Positions 48,901 to 57,306 of a DNA stretch of 63,207 nt are shown here, piece after piece. Source of the stretch: a virus (taxonomy: Duplodnaviria > Caudoviricetes); IMG/VR virus record IMGVR_UViG_3300035670_000204, positions 1 through 63,207 of that record. One strand, given 5' to 3'. The translations under genes were made by a program, and so were the position numbers. Within the stretch, counting starts at the first letter, position 1; every line of letters starts with the position of its first letter. The notes under the pieces are model-generated. The model saw only the letters and a program-made list of their open reading frames with translations, searched no databases and was not told where the DNA came from.

Positions 48901-51162
48901 GGCATCATCCAGCACGGGGGCCGGAGTAGCCGGAGAGAGAACCGTATTGGACGCCGCCGCTGTCGTTGCCTTCGAGCTGTCTTGAAGCGACTTGGCCAGA
49001 GATTTTGCGATGGCCTGGGCGGCAGGCGCGGTAACCGGGTTCCCTTGTAGAACAGACGTAAGCGCCTTGACTACACCAGATAGATTACTCTTGTTGCCAG
49101 TAAGGGCACCGAAGTAATCAGAGATGGTGGTTTTGGTCCTGGCCTCAGCGATGTTGTCTGCCACCTCCTGGAAGTCGGCCAAGGTCTGAGCAGAACCAAT
49201 GGCATGGGACAAAACCGCCGACTGATTTTTAACGTCTTGCCGTTGCGAGATGGCCGCGTCAAACGTGGCGATATCGGCCTGATACTTGTCTACCACGCTT
49301 TGGGCCGCCGCCTGCGCAGCGGGGTCTTGAGAGGTCTCAGCGGCCTGAGCCCGCAAGGCCATCTCCCGCCCTATCAAAGCGGCGGCCCGCGCCCTATCAG
49401 GGGCTACCGACGCGAAAGAAGCGATTGCGGCGTCTACTTGCTCAAACGCACGTCCTGACATAGTCGCAGGAGCCTGGCCCGAAGCGATTTGCGCCTGGGT
49501 GGTATCGGCATACTGCGCTGCAGCATCAACGGCCCCCGTACGGAGCGCGTTACCCTGACCCGCCTGAAGCGTAACGGCTCCAGTAGTATCATCCACGGCA
49601 ACTGTCCGACCGAGCTGAACTTGGTCAACCGTAGACATCGCCGCCTCTACCAACGCATCCCGCATCGCGGCGACCGAATTACCAGGGGTCCCTGGGTCAA
49701 AAAGCGATGACCGGGCAACGAAGGCAGATGTCATATTGCGGAGCTGTGCCGCCTCTTCCTGCTGCTGGGCCGGGGTCTTGGTCCCCAACGAGGCAACGGA
49801 GGCTTTGACCCGCTCCCAGAATGATACGGCCTCTTGCTCAAAGGCAGGGGGTACCGGGTCTTGCACGGGTGCTGGGGCCGGTGCAGGCGCTTGTGTAGAC
49901 GTAGGTGCGGGGGCCGGTGCTGGGGCCGGTGCTGGGGCCGGTGCTGGGGCCGGTGCTGGGGCCGGTGCTGGGGCCGGTGCGGGCGCTTGTGTAGACGTAG
50001 GTATTACGGCAGTCGCACGACCCCAGGCGTCCGCGTACAAGGTCTGGGCCTCTGCGCTCGGGGGAGCCAGTTGCGCCGACTGCGCAAGCATGTCCAGCCG
50101 CCATAGGTTCGCGGCTTCTGTATTTCCCGTACGGGCGGCAATCGCATCCGACGCCGCCTTGAAAATAAGCTGGCGCGTAGGTTCTGCTATGGTGGGGTCG
50201 GTAGCCGCAACATCGGCGGCCTCTACCGCTGTTTTCTCGGCCCGCATCCGTTTACGAACGCTGTACGCACCCAAACCACCAAAAAAGGCAGAAAGCGCCA
50301 ACGACGGCCCAATCGCATCCACCGCCGCTTCACCAGGGGTTGGATTGCCTTCCGCGCCGTACGCATTCTCTATGGCGACTTGGCTCGCCGCCTGTCCCAT
50401 TTCCGTGCCAACATCCGTTGCGGCAGAAATACCCAACAGCTTTCCGAAGTCCTTCATGAAACTGGGGTTGCGCAGGTATGCAACCGCATCCGCGACCGAT
50501 ACGTTTTTCCCGAACAGTTTCGACAGGGGACCAACCATCAGTCGCGCCTGGGCGATATTGGCAATGGTCTCCCCCAATATCTCTACCCCACCGGTCATGA
50601 GCCCGGCCTTATGCGCCTCGTCTGGATTTACGTCCTTCAACGCATCGTACGTATCCTGATACTGGCTCAGCCCGAACGGTATAGTAGATAGCGTGGCCGC
50701 TGTACCCATACCGATAGCCGGAGCCGCCATGACGGTACCCGCAAGGGCCGCGCCTACAGGGAGCGCTTGAGAAAGCCCCGACGCAAAGGCATTGGTGACG
50801 GACCCGTAGCGCTCGGGGTATAGGTTGGGATTCATCCCAAGGACACCTTCCCGCCGAAAGTCTTCCGCTACGTTTTTGAAACTCGTGCCGAATTCATAAA
50901 CCGGCGAGTCTCGGAACTCACTCCGGTTGGGGTCTACACCCATTACGTTGTCATAAATGGTACTGGCCCCCTGGAGAGCGCCGCCGACCATCTCAGCAAG
51001 GTTAGCCACACCACCCGCAACCAATGCACCGCCTACCTCACGGAGCGAGTTTGCGGGCTTACTGAACTCCCCGTAGTGCGTCCAAAACTCTTGCTGCTTA
51101 TCAGGGGAAAGCCCCTGATAGAACTGCAATACATCCGGCTCTAAGATAGACGGGTCTTGCAC
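42970..51162 (-). CDS. Large internal virion/ejected polyvalent-like protein (2730 aa)
   Basis: Size and position; HEIAH (HExxH), HLTRHG (PLxRFG-like), hydrophobic helices near both ends. Confidence 0.8.
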   Translation of the reverse strand: MQDPSILEPDVLQFYQGLSPDKQQEFWTHYGEFSKPANSLREVGGALVAGGVANLAEMVGGALQGASTIYDNVMGVDPNRSEFRDSPVYEFGTSFKNVAEDFRREGVLGMNPNLYPERYGSVTNAFASGLSQALPVGAALAGTVMAAPAIGMGTAATLSTIPFGLSQYQDTYDALKDVNPDEAHKAGLMTGGVEILGETIANIAQARLMVGPLSKLFGKNVSVADAVAYLRNPSFMKDFGKLLGISAATDVGTEMGQAASQVAIENAYGAEGNPTPGEAAVDAIGPSLALSAFFGGLGAYSVRKRMRAEKTAVEAADVAATDPTIAEPTRQLIFKAASDAIAARTGNTEAANLWRLDMLAQSAQLAPPSAEAQTLYADAWGRATAVIPTSTQAPAPAPAPAPAPAPAPAPAPAPAPAPAPTSTQAPAPAPAPVQDPVPPAFEQEAVSFWERVKASVASLGTKTPAQQQEEAAQLRNMTSAFVARSSLFDPGTPGNSVAAMRDALVEAAMSTVDQVQLGRTVAVDDTTGAVTLQAGQGNALRTGAVDAAAQYADTTQAQIASGQAPATMSGRAFEQVDAAIASFASVAPDRARAAALIGREMALRAQAAETSQDPAAQAAAQSVVDKYQADIATFDAAISQRQDVKNQSAVLSHAIGSAQTLADFQEVADNIAEARTKTTISDYFGALTGNKSNLSGVVKALTSVLQGNPVTAPAAQAIAKSLAKSLQDSSKATTAAASNTVLSPATPAPVLDDAAYDYAITQAVSGLNPAQQGEVMKTLAALRPSAMDAAQAATGSIQQVSNPLLAPNVAPEAVSAAVGTLAPRFGTVDIADLADTIPNAPTDTLTQLSPLVEALYGGTRRNEINLTRHGATRSGNATPGTAVPTAPQSRRSSLFRGYVRPARGQGGTTNVPVSNSGPKTTTGKRRGKPKTTWGTAATNELASQSFIDVANRVLNTKSNPNAAQALLTAHPNRTPDIPDIKTFYASTRAAINKIASRVRALRLANLDKPDRIKALDAMLTSIEEWRANSATGSDPIFGFDDVAAIFDDFDTKIEAWAGEATATKAAAAAAKKAAAAAKKPPPKPKKTKEELAAEQKAAQEAKAAERAAAQAKALEAKIKPVRVEQKTAIGRLFDSIKPIFRDAKIPVEIKEILDKLQVIKDAEYKTPRSLDQIDKEIRSVQAKLRVIYKERLFAALKDRLGIKQASNDIGLIKQAINKLYNATLLDTLEATASNLTEDQYNALSYIKAFREFVKFKHDLLASEQYAALDAAIGGTEHRPSEVKAIDDLVSKITVALDYKAAKGARVHDALKAQTTPAAEPAKPAKPAKPAKPAKPAKPAKPAKPAKPAAKPAAKPAAKPADQSFEGLLAEVQDEWLNEPQDEPLGDKPPEETAETVEEPSPTFGSRIGGAPVRVKGLPAGTLAKAVAESDTVSDVLGALDTQSKKASAATKAYFRIIRHIADLFPKVKDITIQVQSIQGLKAPTGDYIDTTKTLVLYFADGKPPTAEELAHILAHEIAHGAVAGIIAVASAKRKQLAELLAPYKTSRKVIDGAHVKDIVSALDGDEKLSAKETNQVSELLANILSGDIKVKSDTITDFLVKIRNTIQAWLSDTDANIMNSLGIDDKFVNNLLALYQRYGHNVDTSVRHFTVAQAMNSLHPRSLSQTFVASKLREGIRYASTLYHLYKNTTYNSRLADFSKALGLYLRGTNDKTRIMQMYRREAYDELLRPFENYIKSLPRDKRAAAEHETGLIAGEITRYNIDYTKTFAENLQNRATILRNTQEDEAVFDDIVARFKALPAPARTAIENNIRYSRKLMTLQLAGRLHRLIKDAERALKSSKDPTVQAMAGPVAALRRQLDPIKGIRKAAQATTFTLTPGTTNGHFDAEGHVAEQTIRDVLNALPGALAFAPPKSVRVKSLMDSIPTFVNRIDTIRDHTFNHLTRHGNWVATFRMPTVPNTGSRSQKHLQLELVAGKYGASVHSVSYENDKSTAVALRFISEKAMQDFAKEVSDASLVDTGTLKTGRTLDDATAIKNLGSAQIIRDLNDRMSDILAGVPQSIVSLVQSNLYNTFLDLLPEASPSKDFISRINGGIPGYSTDYIRSFSEHIEHATATLSNIWAMPVMEQGLRDGRAAIEVLRSGRTPDLQDAHRFAAETYIEFVTRFSESFTADDNLVMDTVRSLGFNWLLAMNPSYLLNNLLQPFHITTAWLAGHIATNTKGGATASAVKAAKSLTKAWRMASSVIVKTYKPDSSKPRRIDRLVDLSSLPQEFRDLLQYVEDAGRLDFSLTHEINRMSKGRNSYMATVSKFISIGSHISELQNRLTTAIAAYEIYKQITPNAKVDQAYKFAIDAVDGTQYNYTAQNAARAFGNTGFLRSVTPVIMAFQSYAFQSMELHMRLVRQKFSSLTTPEERLGAKVALRVLWANSAMVAGAAGLPFAGVMMGLAQVINSVFVADDDDPPFIADLALLTWARTLFGDVLGAMVGEELGKAIGDTAGRTFAKGIPEGIFNLSVSERLGWGSLVPGTGLITGPMRVENSFSWDRVLGPGLGVASRLISSASMAAHGDFIGAFEQGLPSALAGAYRAYKLADLGFVNSKQNPYMIGDPTWSEIILQMLGYTPARLADVKRQNLAYSDRARFIMERGKHYRDKIVRHFERGTQWSEAYNNDLADYIKFAQKYPLQNRDIAGSVYRSLVARARERAVARYTGGIQASPSEMPDVVYNWSGYGG
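47086..47203. repeat. Coding tandem repeats: 3 x 12 bp plus 9 x 9 bp (PAAK/PAK)
   Basis: (GGGCTTAGCGGC)3 then (GGCTTGGCT)9. Confidence 0.95.
49868..50002. repeat. Coding 12-bp tandem repeat (PAPA)n with duplicated PTSTQA
   Basis: GGTGCTGGGGCC units. Confidence 0.9.
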
Positions 51163-51164
51163 GG

Positions 51165-52235
51165 CTATCGAACTCCGTTCATGTGGTCTACAGTGTTCTG
51201 ACCCGTGGTTTTGTTATTCGGGTCGCTTGGATTAGAGCCGCGCATTAGCCAATCATTACCCGTAGCCTGCTGGGGCGGGTAAAGCCGCGATTGGAGTTGG
51301 GTATACAACTCGGACTCGTTCGCGCCAGGCTTGGCCATACCCTTTCGGAAAGAATTAAGCGCAGCTTGTTGGAACGACTCTTGCGCAGTAGGTCCAGTCA
51401 TCTGTGCAGGGCGAGTAAGGCCGGGTAGGGCTTGGGCACCAATCAACATGCGCCCCCTAGCATCGTTGCGGGCACTGTCTTCCGTCTCGCGTTGGTGCGT
51501 GGCCATTGAGTTAGCGACGGTCGCATCCGTACCGTACCGCGCACCTTGCGCTTGCAACGTGGCGGCATACCGGTTGTTCGCAGCGTTCTCGCTGTTTTGG
51601 TACATGGACCCCATCTGGTTAGCCCACATATCTGTCGGCGCACGTTCTGTATCAGCGTACGTTTTCGTATTCTGAGCCAGGCTTCCAAGGGCTTCCATCT
51701 GCTTACGCCCAATCGCCCGCTGATTCTTGGCGGCAATCATGCTCATCAGGTCATTAGAGCTTCCGGTCGCCTGCAGGTTGGAAAGGGCTTGCTCACGGAC
51801 AGACGCCAGCTCATCCGCATTAGGCATGGACCCCAAACCTTGCCGAGCCGCATTGGTACCCATCAGCGCATTGAGACGCCCATTTAGGCCATTCTCATAC
51901 CGGTCCATGTGCTCATAGTTGACTTTGCCAGCCTCGCCTGGATTGGCGATGGTAGGGGCCTGGGGCATAAATGGCATTTGCGTGTTGGCTTGGTCTTGAG
52001 GCCGAAACAACCCCATCTGGTCTAAAACATCAACATTTTTCTGGTTCGCCGCATCCTGACGCTGGGCGTTCATGTTTGCGACATCCCAAGGGGACATATC
52101 TGGCTTAGGCATACCCGCACCAGGGGATGCAGCCGGGGGAGCTGCAGCGGCGGGTTGCGCAGCCTGGGGCGCTCCAGAGATGGGGGAACTAAGCGTCTCG
52201 GGTTTCTCTACTTTCGGCTTCAAAAGCGGTTCCAT
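51165..52235 (-). CDS. Internal virion protein (Gln/Ala/Met-rich)
   Basis: Composition and position typical of ejected proteins. Confidence 0.7.
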   Translation of the reverse strand: MEPLLKPKVEKPETLSSPISGAPQAAQPAAAAPPAASPGAGMPKPDMSPWDVANMNAQRQDAANQKNVDVLDQMGLFRPQDQANTQMPFMPQAPTIANPGEAGKVNYEHMDRYENGLNGRLNALMGTNAARQGLGSMPNADELASVREQALSNLQATGSSNDLMSMIAAKNQRAIGRKQMEALGSLAQNTKTYADTERAPTDMWANQMGSMYQNSENAANNRYAATLQAQGARYGTDATVANSMATHQRETEDSARNDARGRMLIGAQALPGLTRPAQMTGPTAQESFQQAALNSFRKGMAKPGANESELYTQLQSRLYPPQQATGNDWLMRGSNPSDPNNKTTGQNTVDHMNGVR

Positions 52236-52236
52236 G

Positions 52237-53424
52237 TTACACCCTCTGCTGCTTAGGTAATCTACGGTCTATGGTATCCGCCTCGGCTCCAGGAATACGC
52301 CCGGTCGGAGGGGCGCCGTCCATGCCATTACGGACTGGCGGGGGTTCCGGGGGTGGAGGCGGCGGCGTAAAGTCCAGACCGAACCGGCGCATCACCGCAG
52401 GAGCCGCGTCAGGACCAAGGCCGTACTTTCCGATTGCCCCGTATACGGCATTCGGGTCCGGGTTATTCCCCAACCCATGAAGCGTAGCACCCATAGCACG
52501 ACGCTGGGCAGCCATTTCAAAGGCTCGGTCCTCAGCGTTGTTTGCTGGGTCATACGCTCTGATTTCCGCTGTAGAGGCAGGGGGAGCCCCCGACGCATCT
52601 TTACGGGGGGATGGCATACCCCCGCCGAAAGCGCCTTGCGCAAAGGCTTCAGCCGCCCCAACCCCATACGGAATCATATTGCCCACCTGGGGGGCAGGGG
52701 GCGTCGGCCCGGCAATCGGGTTAGCCGAGTTTGGGTCCATCTGTCGCGGCGACCCATCAGAATTCGTATACGGCGTCACAACGGGACGCGGCGAGGCCGC
52801 AGGGGCAGCTTGCGGAGCATTACGCGCAAGAACCCTATCCATATTTGGGCCACCCATCGGGAAGAAAGCAGGGTCAATCATCCCGCCACGAAGAACCTCA
52901 TTACTCGTATACGAGTCAGACGCGGCCTGGGGCGGTTCTACCTTCGGCTGCGTGTCCTTGGGCGCACTCTTAGGGGGTGCAGCTTTGGACTCGGCTGGAG
53001 GGGGTGCAGCTTTGGACTCGGCTGGAGGTGGGGTAGGCTTAACGTACGGCTTAACAGTACCATCCGTTGCATAAGCGGGAGGGTGGAAAAATTGGGTAGC
53101 AGGCATCCCCCGATAGTTATGCTCGTAGTTTTGAAACTCACCGGGCTGTGCGCCACGGGCAGTATCAAAGGCTTTTAGCGCGGCATCCAGGCCAGCAACT
53201 CGGTCTGGAGAAACCAACATACGACCGTACTCCGGCTCAGCCGGAATAGGCTCGCCGTCCGTACGGGGGGCATCACGGAAATTTTGCCCGGAACGCTCAG
53301 CCGTCATAGCACCCAATAACATGCGCTCATAGGCTTGTCGCGCTGACTCAATACGGTCTCTACGCTCCTTCTCTAGACGCGCTCGCTCCCTAGACGACGC
53401 TACCCCCCTATGCCCAGACTCCAT
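52237..53424 (-). CDS. Pro-rich putative internal virion protein
   Basis: AGGAGG RBS before ATG 53424; duplicated PPPAESKAA. Confidence 0.7.
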   Translation of the reverse strand: MESGHRGVASSRERARLEKERRDRIESARQAYERMLLGAMTAERSGQNFRDAPRTDGEPIPAEPEYGRMLVSPDRVAGLDAALKAFDTARGAQPGEFQNYEHNYRGMPATQFFHPPAYATDGTVKPYVKPTPPPAESKAAPPPAESKAAPPKSAPKDTQPKVEPPQAASDSYTSNEVLRGGMIDPAFFPMGGPNMDRVLARNAPQAAPAASPRPVVTPYTNSDGSPRQMDPNSANPIAGPTPPAPQVGNMIPYGVGAAEAFAQGAFGGGMPSPRKDASGAPPASTAEIRAYDPANNAEDRAFEMAAQRRAMGATLHGLGNNPDPNAVYGAIGKYGLGPDAAPAVMRRFGLDFTPPPPPPEPPPVRNGMDGAPPTGRIPGAEADTIDRRLPKQQRV

Positions 53425-53432
53425 ATATCCTC

Positions 53433-54167
53433 CTACCAGGAAAAGCCGTGCCGACCAAATACCCACCCTACTGGAGCAAAGACCTTATGGCGCATCTCTC
53501 GTTGGGCTTCTTGAACCGCTTGCTCAAAGCGGGCGCGATGGGTCTCTGCCTTGGGCCGATTCTCGCTATCTACATCCCAATTTCGAAGGGCTCGGAATGC
53601 CGCCCACTCTACCAAATCGAGATGGTAGATGTCAGGGATTTCCGGAACTGCCGAAGTGTCGTCTAAGGTCAACCGCCGCAGCGGGAGCCGACAAACACGG
53701 AGCTGAAGCCTGGCCCCATCCGACGCAGTGTCCGGTGTGGGAAACAGCCGTATCTGGATGCTCCCCTGGGGGCCTACTTGGTCATCAGTTGCGAAGGCAA
53801 TAGGTGTCCCAGCAAGTGTGCTACAAGACAGCGACCGAATCGCCTCGTCGAAGGCCCCAAACTCATTGGCCTGTCCCGTTCGAATCTGGTTCAGGACTTG
53901 GCCATCCAACCGCGCACTCAAGACGGCCAGAACAGACGGAGACAGCGCGTACGTTGCAACATCAGGAACCAAATATATCGCAGTCGCCGCATCCGTTGTT
54001 TCATCGCGCAAACACAACGTCAGCCGGGCGAAGCGGGTATGGGCCTCATCCAGGTACCGAATAAGGCTCTCGTCCGACCAATATCGGTCTGAAGTCCCTG
54101 CCACAAGAGCCGAAGAATCCCGCAGTACATTGGTACGAAGCTCATCTAGCAGCTCTGCGACATTCAT
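53433..54167 (-). CDS. Head-tail adaptor / tail tubular protein A
   Basis: WSDESLIRYLDEA...PEIPDIYHLDLVEWAAFRAL. Confidence 0.75.
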   Translation of the reverse strand: MNVAELLDELRTNVLRDSSALVAGTSDRYWSDESLIRYLDEAHTRFARLTLCLRDETTDAATAIYLVPDVATYALSPSVLAVLSARLDGQVLNQIRTGQANEFGAFDEAIRSLSCSTLAGTPIAFATDDQVGPQGSIQIRLFPTPDTASDGARLQLRVCRLPLRRLTLDDTSAVPEIPDIYHLDLVEWAAFRALRNWDVDSENRPKAETHRARFEQAVQEAQREMRHKVFAPVGWVFGRHGFSW

Positions 54168-54509
54168 TTACAGGTCCTTAGCCAACACGCGGTAGGGGAA
54201 CCGAAGACGCTGCCGAAACGCTACAACCTGACGGGTACGCGGGTCAATGACGGGTACGTCCATCACGGCGTCATCCAGCACATTCAGGATTTCACAGGGG
54301 ACTTCCGCCTCTTCACCAGGACGTAGGATATATCCTTTTCCGTTCAGGCCAATGTACTGGCCGGTCGGGGGGATGCTCTCGTTCTCTTCCAATATGATAC
54401 GAAACCGCTTACCGGGGGTGTAGGTATCACGGCGGGAAAATCCGGGCATTTTGGGGGCAGGCCCAGCCAAGCCGGAGCCGTCGTTATCAGCCAACAGTGC
54501 AGAAACCAT
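54168..54509 (-). CDS. Conserved virion-module protein
   Basis: IGLNGKGYILRPGEEAEVP...RFPY; ATG 54509 after GGAG. Confidence 0.75.
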   Translation of the reverse strand: MVSALLADNDGSGLAGPAPKMPGFSRRDTYTPGKRFRIILEENESIPPTGQYIGLNGKGYILRPGEEAEVPCEILNVLDDAVMDVPVIDPRTRQVVAFRQRLRFPYRVLAKDL

Positions 54510-54532
54510 AAATAACTCCAAACATAATAACT

Positions 54533-54575
54533 AAAAAGGGGAACCCCATCGTATATATTGACAGGATTCCCCTTT
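54533..54575 (-). terminator. Intrinsic terminator after the capsid genes
   Basis: AAGGGGAATCC...GGGTTCCCC-TTTTT on the minus strand. Confidence 0.7.
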
Positions 54576-54589
54576 ACGGTCAGGGACGA

Positions 54590-54922
54590 TTATCCCTCAG
54601 CTCGCCAGGCAAACGCCTTGCTTGCAGGGATAGCGGCGGCTGCAACCGTAAACGTACGGTCAGACAAGGTCACCACCAAATCTGAACTGGCGTCCAATGT
54701 CCTGGTACCGGCTGCGACGGTCTTGAGTGCAGACCCAGAGGCCATCCCCGCATACCATTCATACGTAATACGGTCAGTAAGGTTGACGAAAGTAATCACA
54801 CGAGGGGTGAACCCCAGGGTGAATACGGTAGCTGCCGCTGTACCAGAGTCAGAAACGACATATCCGGTAGCGACATTAACAACGCTCGCGCTGTTATCCT
54901 GAGTATTGGTCGTAAGAGCCAT
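54590..54922 (-). CDS. Putative capsid decoration protein
   Basis: 110 aa, LGFTPRVI motif, directly after the major capsid gene. Confidence 0.65.
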   Translation of the reverse strand: MALTTNTQDNSASVVNVATGYVVSDSGTAAATVFTLGFTPRVITFVNLTDRITYEWYAGMASGSALKTVAAGTRTLDASSDLVVTLSDRTFTVAAAAIPASKAFAWRAEG

Positions 54923-54934
54923 ACAATCCCCCTA

Positions 54935-55966
54935 TTAGGCGGTGGCCGCAACTTCGGCACGAATCAAGAACGCATCTTGCAGGATTACCGCCGCCTGCCA
55001 GGCTTTCCAACCCACGGTACCGCGCTGCGCCAGGGGGTCTCCCGAAGCAGGCTTGGGATTGACCACCATGGGGGTCAAGGAGTCCTTGCCCTTCAGGGGG
55101 ACAATACCGTAGGCGTCACGAGCCAGGTACAGGATGGGATATACGTCGGCGTTAGTGCCGGTAGTAGACCGCATCAGCCCCTTCGCACCGCCGATGTCCG
55201 CCCAGGGGGCAAACACGGTAGAAGACAGGTACCGAACACGCTCCACGGACCCGATTTCATTCTCGAACGGGGACACGGTACCGTACTGCTTGGTGGGGAT
55301 GAACCCATCCATTTTACGGATATCGGTCTCCAGGTCGGGGTGGACCAACCCAATGAATGCTGCCTCAATCGGTTCGGTCCTGAACGATGCCGACGACGCC
55401 ACGCGCTGTTGGATAGGCTTGGCTTGCTGCCGCAGAAGGGCAGTCGTGATACGACGTTGCAGGTCAGTCGTAATCGACGTATTTACGTCGGTGCGGGCTG
55501 CACCATTGGCATAATATACGTTCGTACCGGCCTTCAGGATGTTGAACCGAATGGTCTCGATGGTCAACGCGGCCTGCTCAGACATAATCTGAGTCGCTTC
55601 ACGCAGCACCGGGTCTTCGTGGGTATCCATGACGACATCAGTGATGGTGACATAATCACCGTACTGATTGAGCTGGACTGAATAGTCCTGGTGCGCCAGG
55701 CGATTGCCAGACGGCGTAACGCCCTCAACCAGCGGGGTGAGCGCCAGCGGAACGTAATAGTCACCACCCGACTGACCGGCAGTACCGGTAGCTCCCTGCA
55801 GGAAGTACCGACGCCACTTGGCCGTCTTGGTGTTATTGGTCGGAATCGGGTAGGTCGAGCCGAACTGCTCAAGCACCATGTACGGCATGGCGCGTTCGAG
55901 CAAGTCCTTCATGACATACGCGGCTGTTCTCGGGGAGATATCCCCATACGTAATCATATTAGGCAT
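54935..55966 (-). CDS. Major capsid protein, N4-gp56 family
   Basis: TYGDISPRTA, LVEGVTP, GLVHPD, EIGSVERVR, DPLAQRGTVGWK. Confidence 0.92.
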   Translation of the reverse strand: MPNMITYGDISPRTAAYVMKDLLERAMPYMVLEQFGSTYPIPTNNTKTAKWRRYFLQGATGTAGQSGGDYYVPLALTPLVEGVTPSGNRLAHQDYSVQLNQYGDYVTITDVVMDTHEDPVLREATQIMSEQAALTIETIRFNILKAGTNVYYANGAARTDVNTSITTDLQRRITTALLRQQAKPIQQRVASSASFRTEPIEAAFIGLVHPDLETDIRKMDGFIPTKQYGTVSPFENEIGSVERVRYLSSTVFAPWADIGGAKGLMRSTTGTNADVYPILYLARDAYGIVPLKGKDSLTPMVVNPKPASGDPLAQRGTVGWKAWQAAVILQDAFLIRAEVAATA

Positions 55967-55975
55967 AGCCAGTCC

Positions 55976-56164
55976 TTATTTCTTGGTTAGAAGCGGGTCA
56001 GGGGTCAAAGTCGCCGCGTAGTCGGTGTCGCCTACGCCTGAGTCAGCGTCCAGTTTAGCCAAAAGCGCGACAATCGTCGCCCTTATTGTTGCCAAATCCT
56101 CTTGCACGTCACGCAAAATGGACTTTTGCGTGTTATCTATGTTCGCTGTATTGATGCTTGCCAT
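55976..56164 (-). CDS. Small head-associated protein (62 aa)
   Basis: LLAKLDADSGVGDTDY; GAGG RBS. Confidence 0.75.
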   Translation of the reverse strand: MASINTANIDNTQKSILRDVQEDLATIRATIVALLAKLDADSGVGDTDYAATLTPDPLLTKK

Positions 56165-56167
56165 ATT

Positions 56168-57058
56168 TTACCTCGTAGCTTCAGCCCACGCAGAATCGAA
56201 ATCGTCTTTGTCCACCGATGCCGTAGCGGCAGTGGTGCGCTTATGGTCTACCGCGCCTAGCCCTTTTGCAGCTTTACGGGCTGCGGAGGATATCCGAGAT
56301 ACCCCGGACGGAAGCGACTCGGGGGCGGAACCCCGACCTGTAGCCCGTTTGTAGTCTTGAATCAATTCGATTACCTCGGAGGCAGTTCCCGCCTCAACGA
56401 CCTCTTGGGCTCGGCCACGAATGTACCCTGGAAGGGTCGTAACCCATCTCCGTACGTCTTCATGGATGGTGTCATAGTCTGGATGTGCGTTCCGTAGAGC
56501 CGAAAGCTGTTCGCGGTCCCCTACCAGAGATGAAACGTGCGTAAATTGCTGCGCGATAGGGCCATAGACCCGGTTGACCTCTGCAAAGACATGGCCCACC
56601 AGCTCTCGATACTCGGCCCGCCTGCGAAGGGCTTCACCCCGCACAACGTCTTCCCAGTCGGAATTGTAGCTCTCCAGGAAGGCTTTCTCTTCCTCGGAAT
56701 ACAGGTCGGGCAACGATGGGGGCGGCGGGGGTGTCCCAGCCTCCATGGCGCGTTTGGCCTTTTGGCCGGGAGACTCGTACTGCGGCTGAGTGGCAGCCTG
56801 ACGGGCAACAGCGTCCTGTAGCTCGTTGTACTTGGCCTGCCAGTCTACCTCTTCAGCGGTCGCCTCTACCTCTGCGTCTTCGGCGGCCTCTTCCGGCTCC
56901 GCGTCATCGACAGCCTCTACGTCCGCGCTCTCAACTGGGGCTTCCGGCTCCACAGGGGGGTCTTCGGCAAGGGTCTCCCCTTCCGCGACCGGGTCTTCGT
57001 GGCCTATCGCCTCGAACGCCGTGGAGAATTCGTCATAATCGGATACTGTGTCTGGCAT
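56168..57058 (-). CDS. Capsid scaffolding protein
   Basis: Acidic N-terminus, AHPDY, C-terminal DDFDSAW; lies between portal and capsid genes. Confidence 0.8.
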   Translation of the reverse strand: MPDTVSDYDEFSTAFEAIGHEDPVAEGETLAEDPPVEPEAPVESADVEAVDDAEPEEAAEDAEVEATAEEVDWQAKYNELQDAVARQAATQPQYESPGQKAKRAMEAGTPPPPPSLPDLYSEEEKAFLESYNSDWEDVVRGEALRRRAEYRELVGHVFAEVNRVYGPIAQQFTHVSSLVGDREQLSALRNAHPDYDTIHEDVRRWVTTLPGYIRGRAQEVVEAGTASEVIELIQDYKRATGRGSAPESLPSGVSRISSAARKAAKGLGAVDHKRTTAATASVDKDDFDSAWAEATR

Positions 57059-57072
57059 AGTAAAACCTTATA

Positions 57073-57306
57073 TTAAATTTCATGCGTAGTAAAGAAACTC
57101 AAGATTCTATCGTAGGCCCTGGCCGCCCCCTGCAAGCGGCATACCTCCGACGGGTCGCAAGTCACCAACTTCTCCTTGACCTTCTCCAGGCTGTCTTGGA
57201 GCAATATCATCATACTCTGGGTCACCGGCTCCCCCAGGGACCGCTGAAGGACCTGTAGATGTTCCTGAGCCAGCTCTCGCGGCAGCGATGTTCTCTGGTG
57301 TGACAC
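57073..57306 (-). CDS. Small conserved post-portal protein (77 aa)
   Basis: KEKLV......RLQGAARAY motif typical of the gene after podovirus portals. Confidence 0.7.
   Translation of the reverse strand: MSHQRTSLPRELAQEHLQVLQRSLGEPVTQSMMILLQDSLEKVKEKLVTCDPSEVCRLQGAARAYDRILSFFTTHEI

Noticed and set aside
49736-50659. 307-aa plus-strand ORF and similar antisense ORFs throughout
   Set aside because: Shadow frames of GC-rich genes on the opposite strand.
42970-51162. N4-like virion RNA polymerase
   Set aside because: No single-subunit RNAP motifs recognised, and early promoters are sigma70-type.
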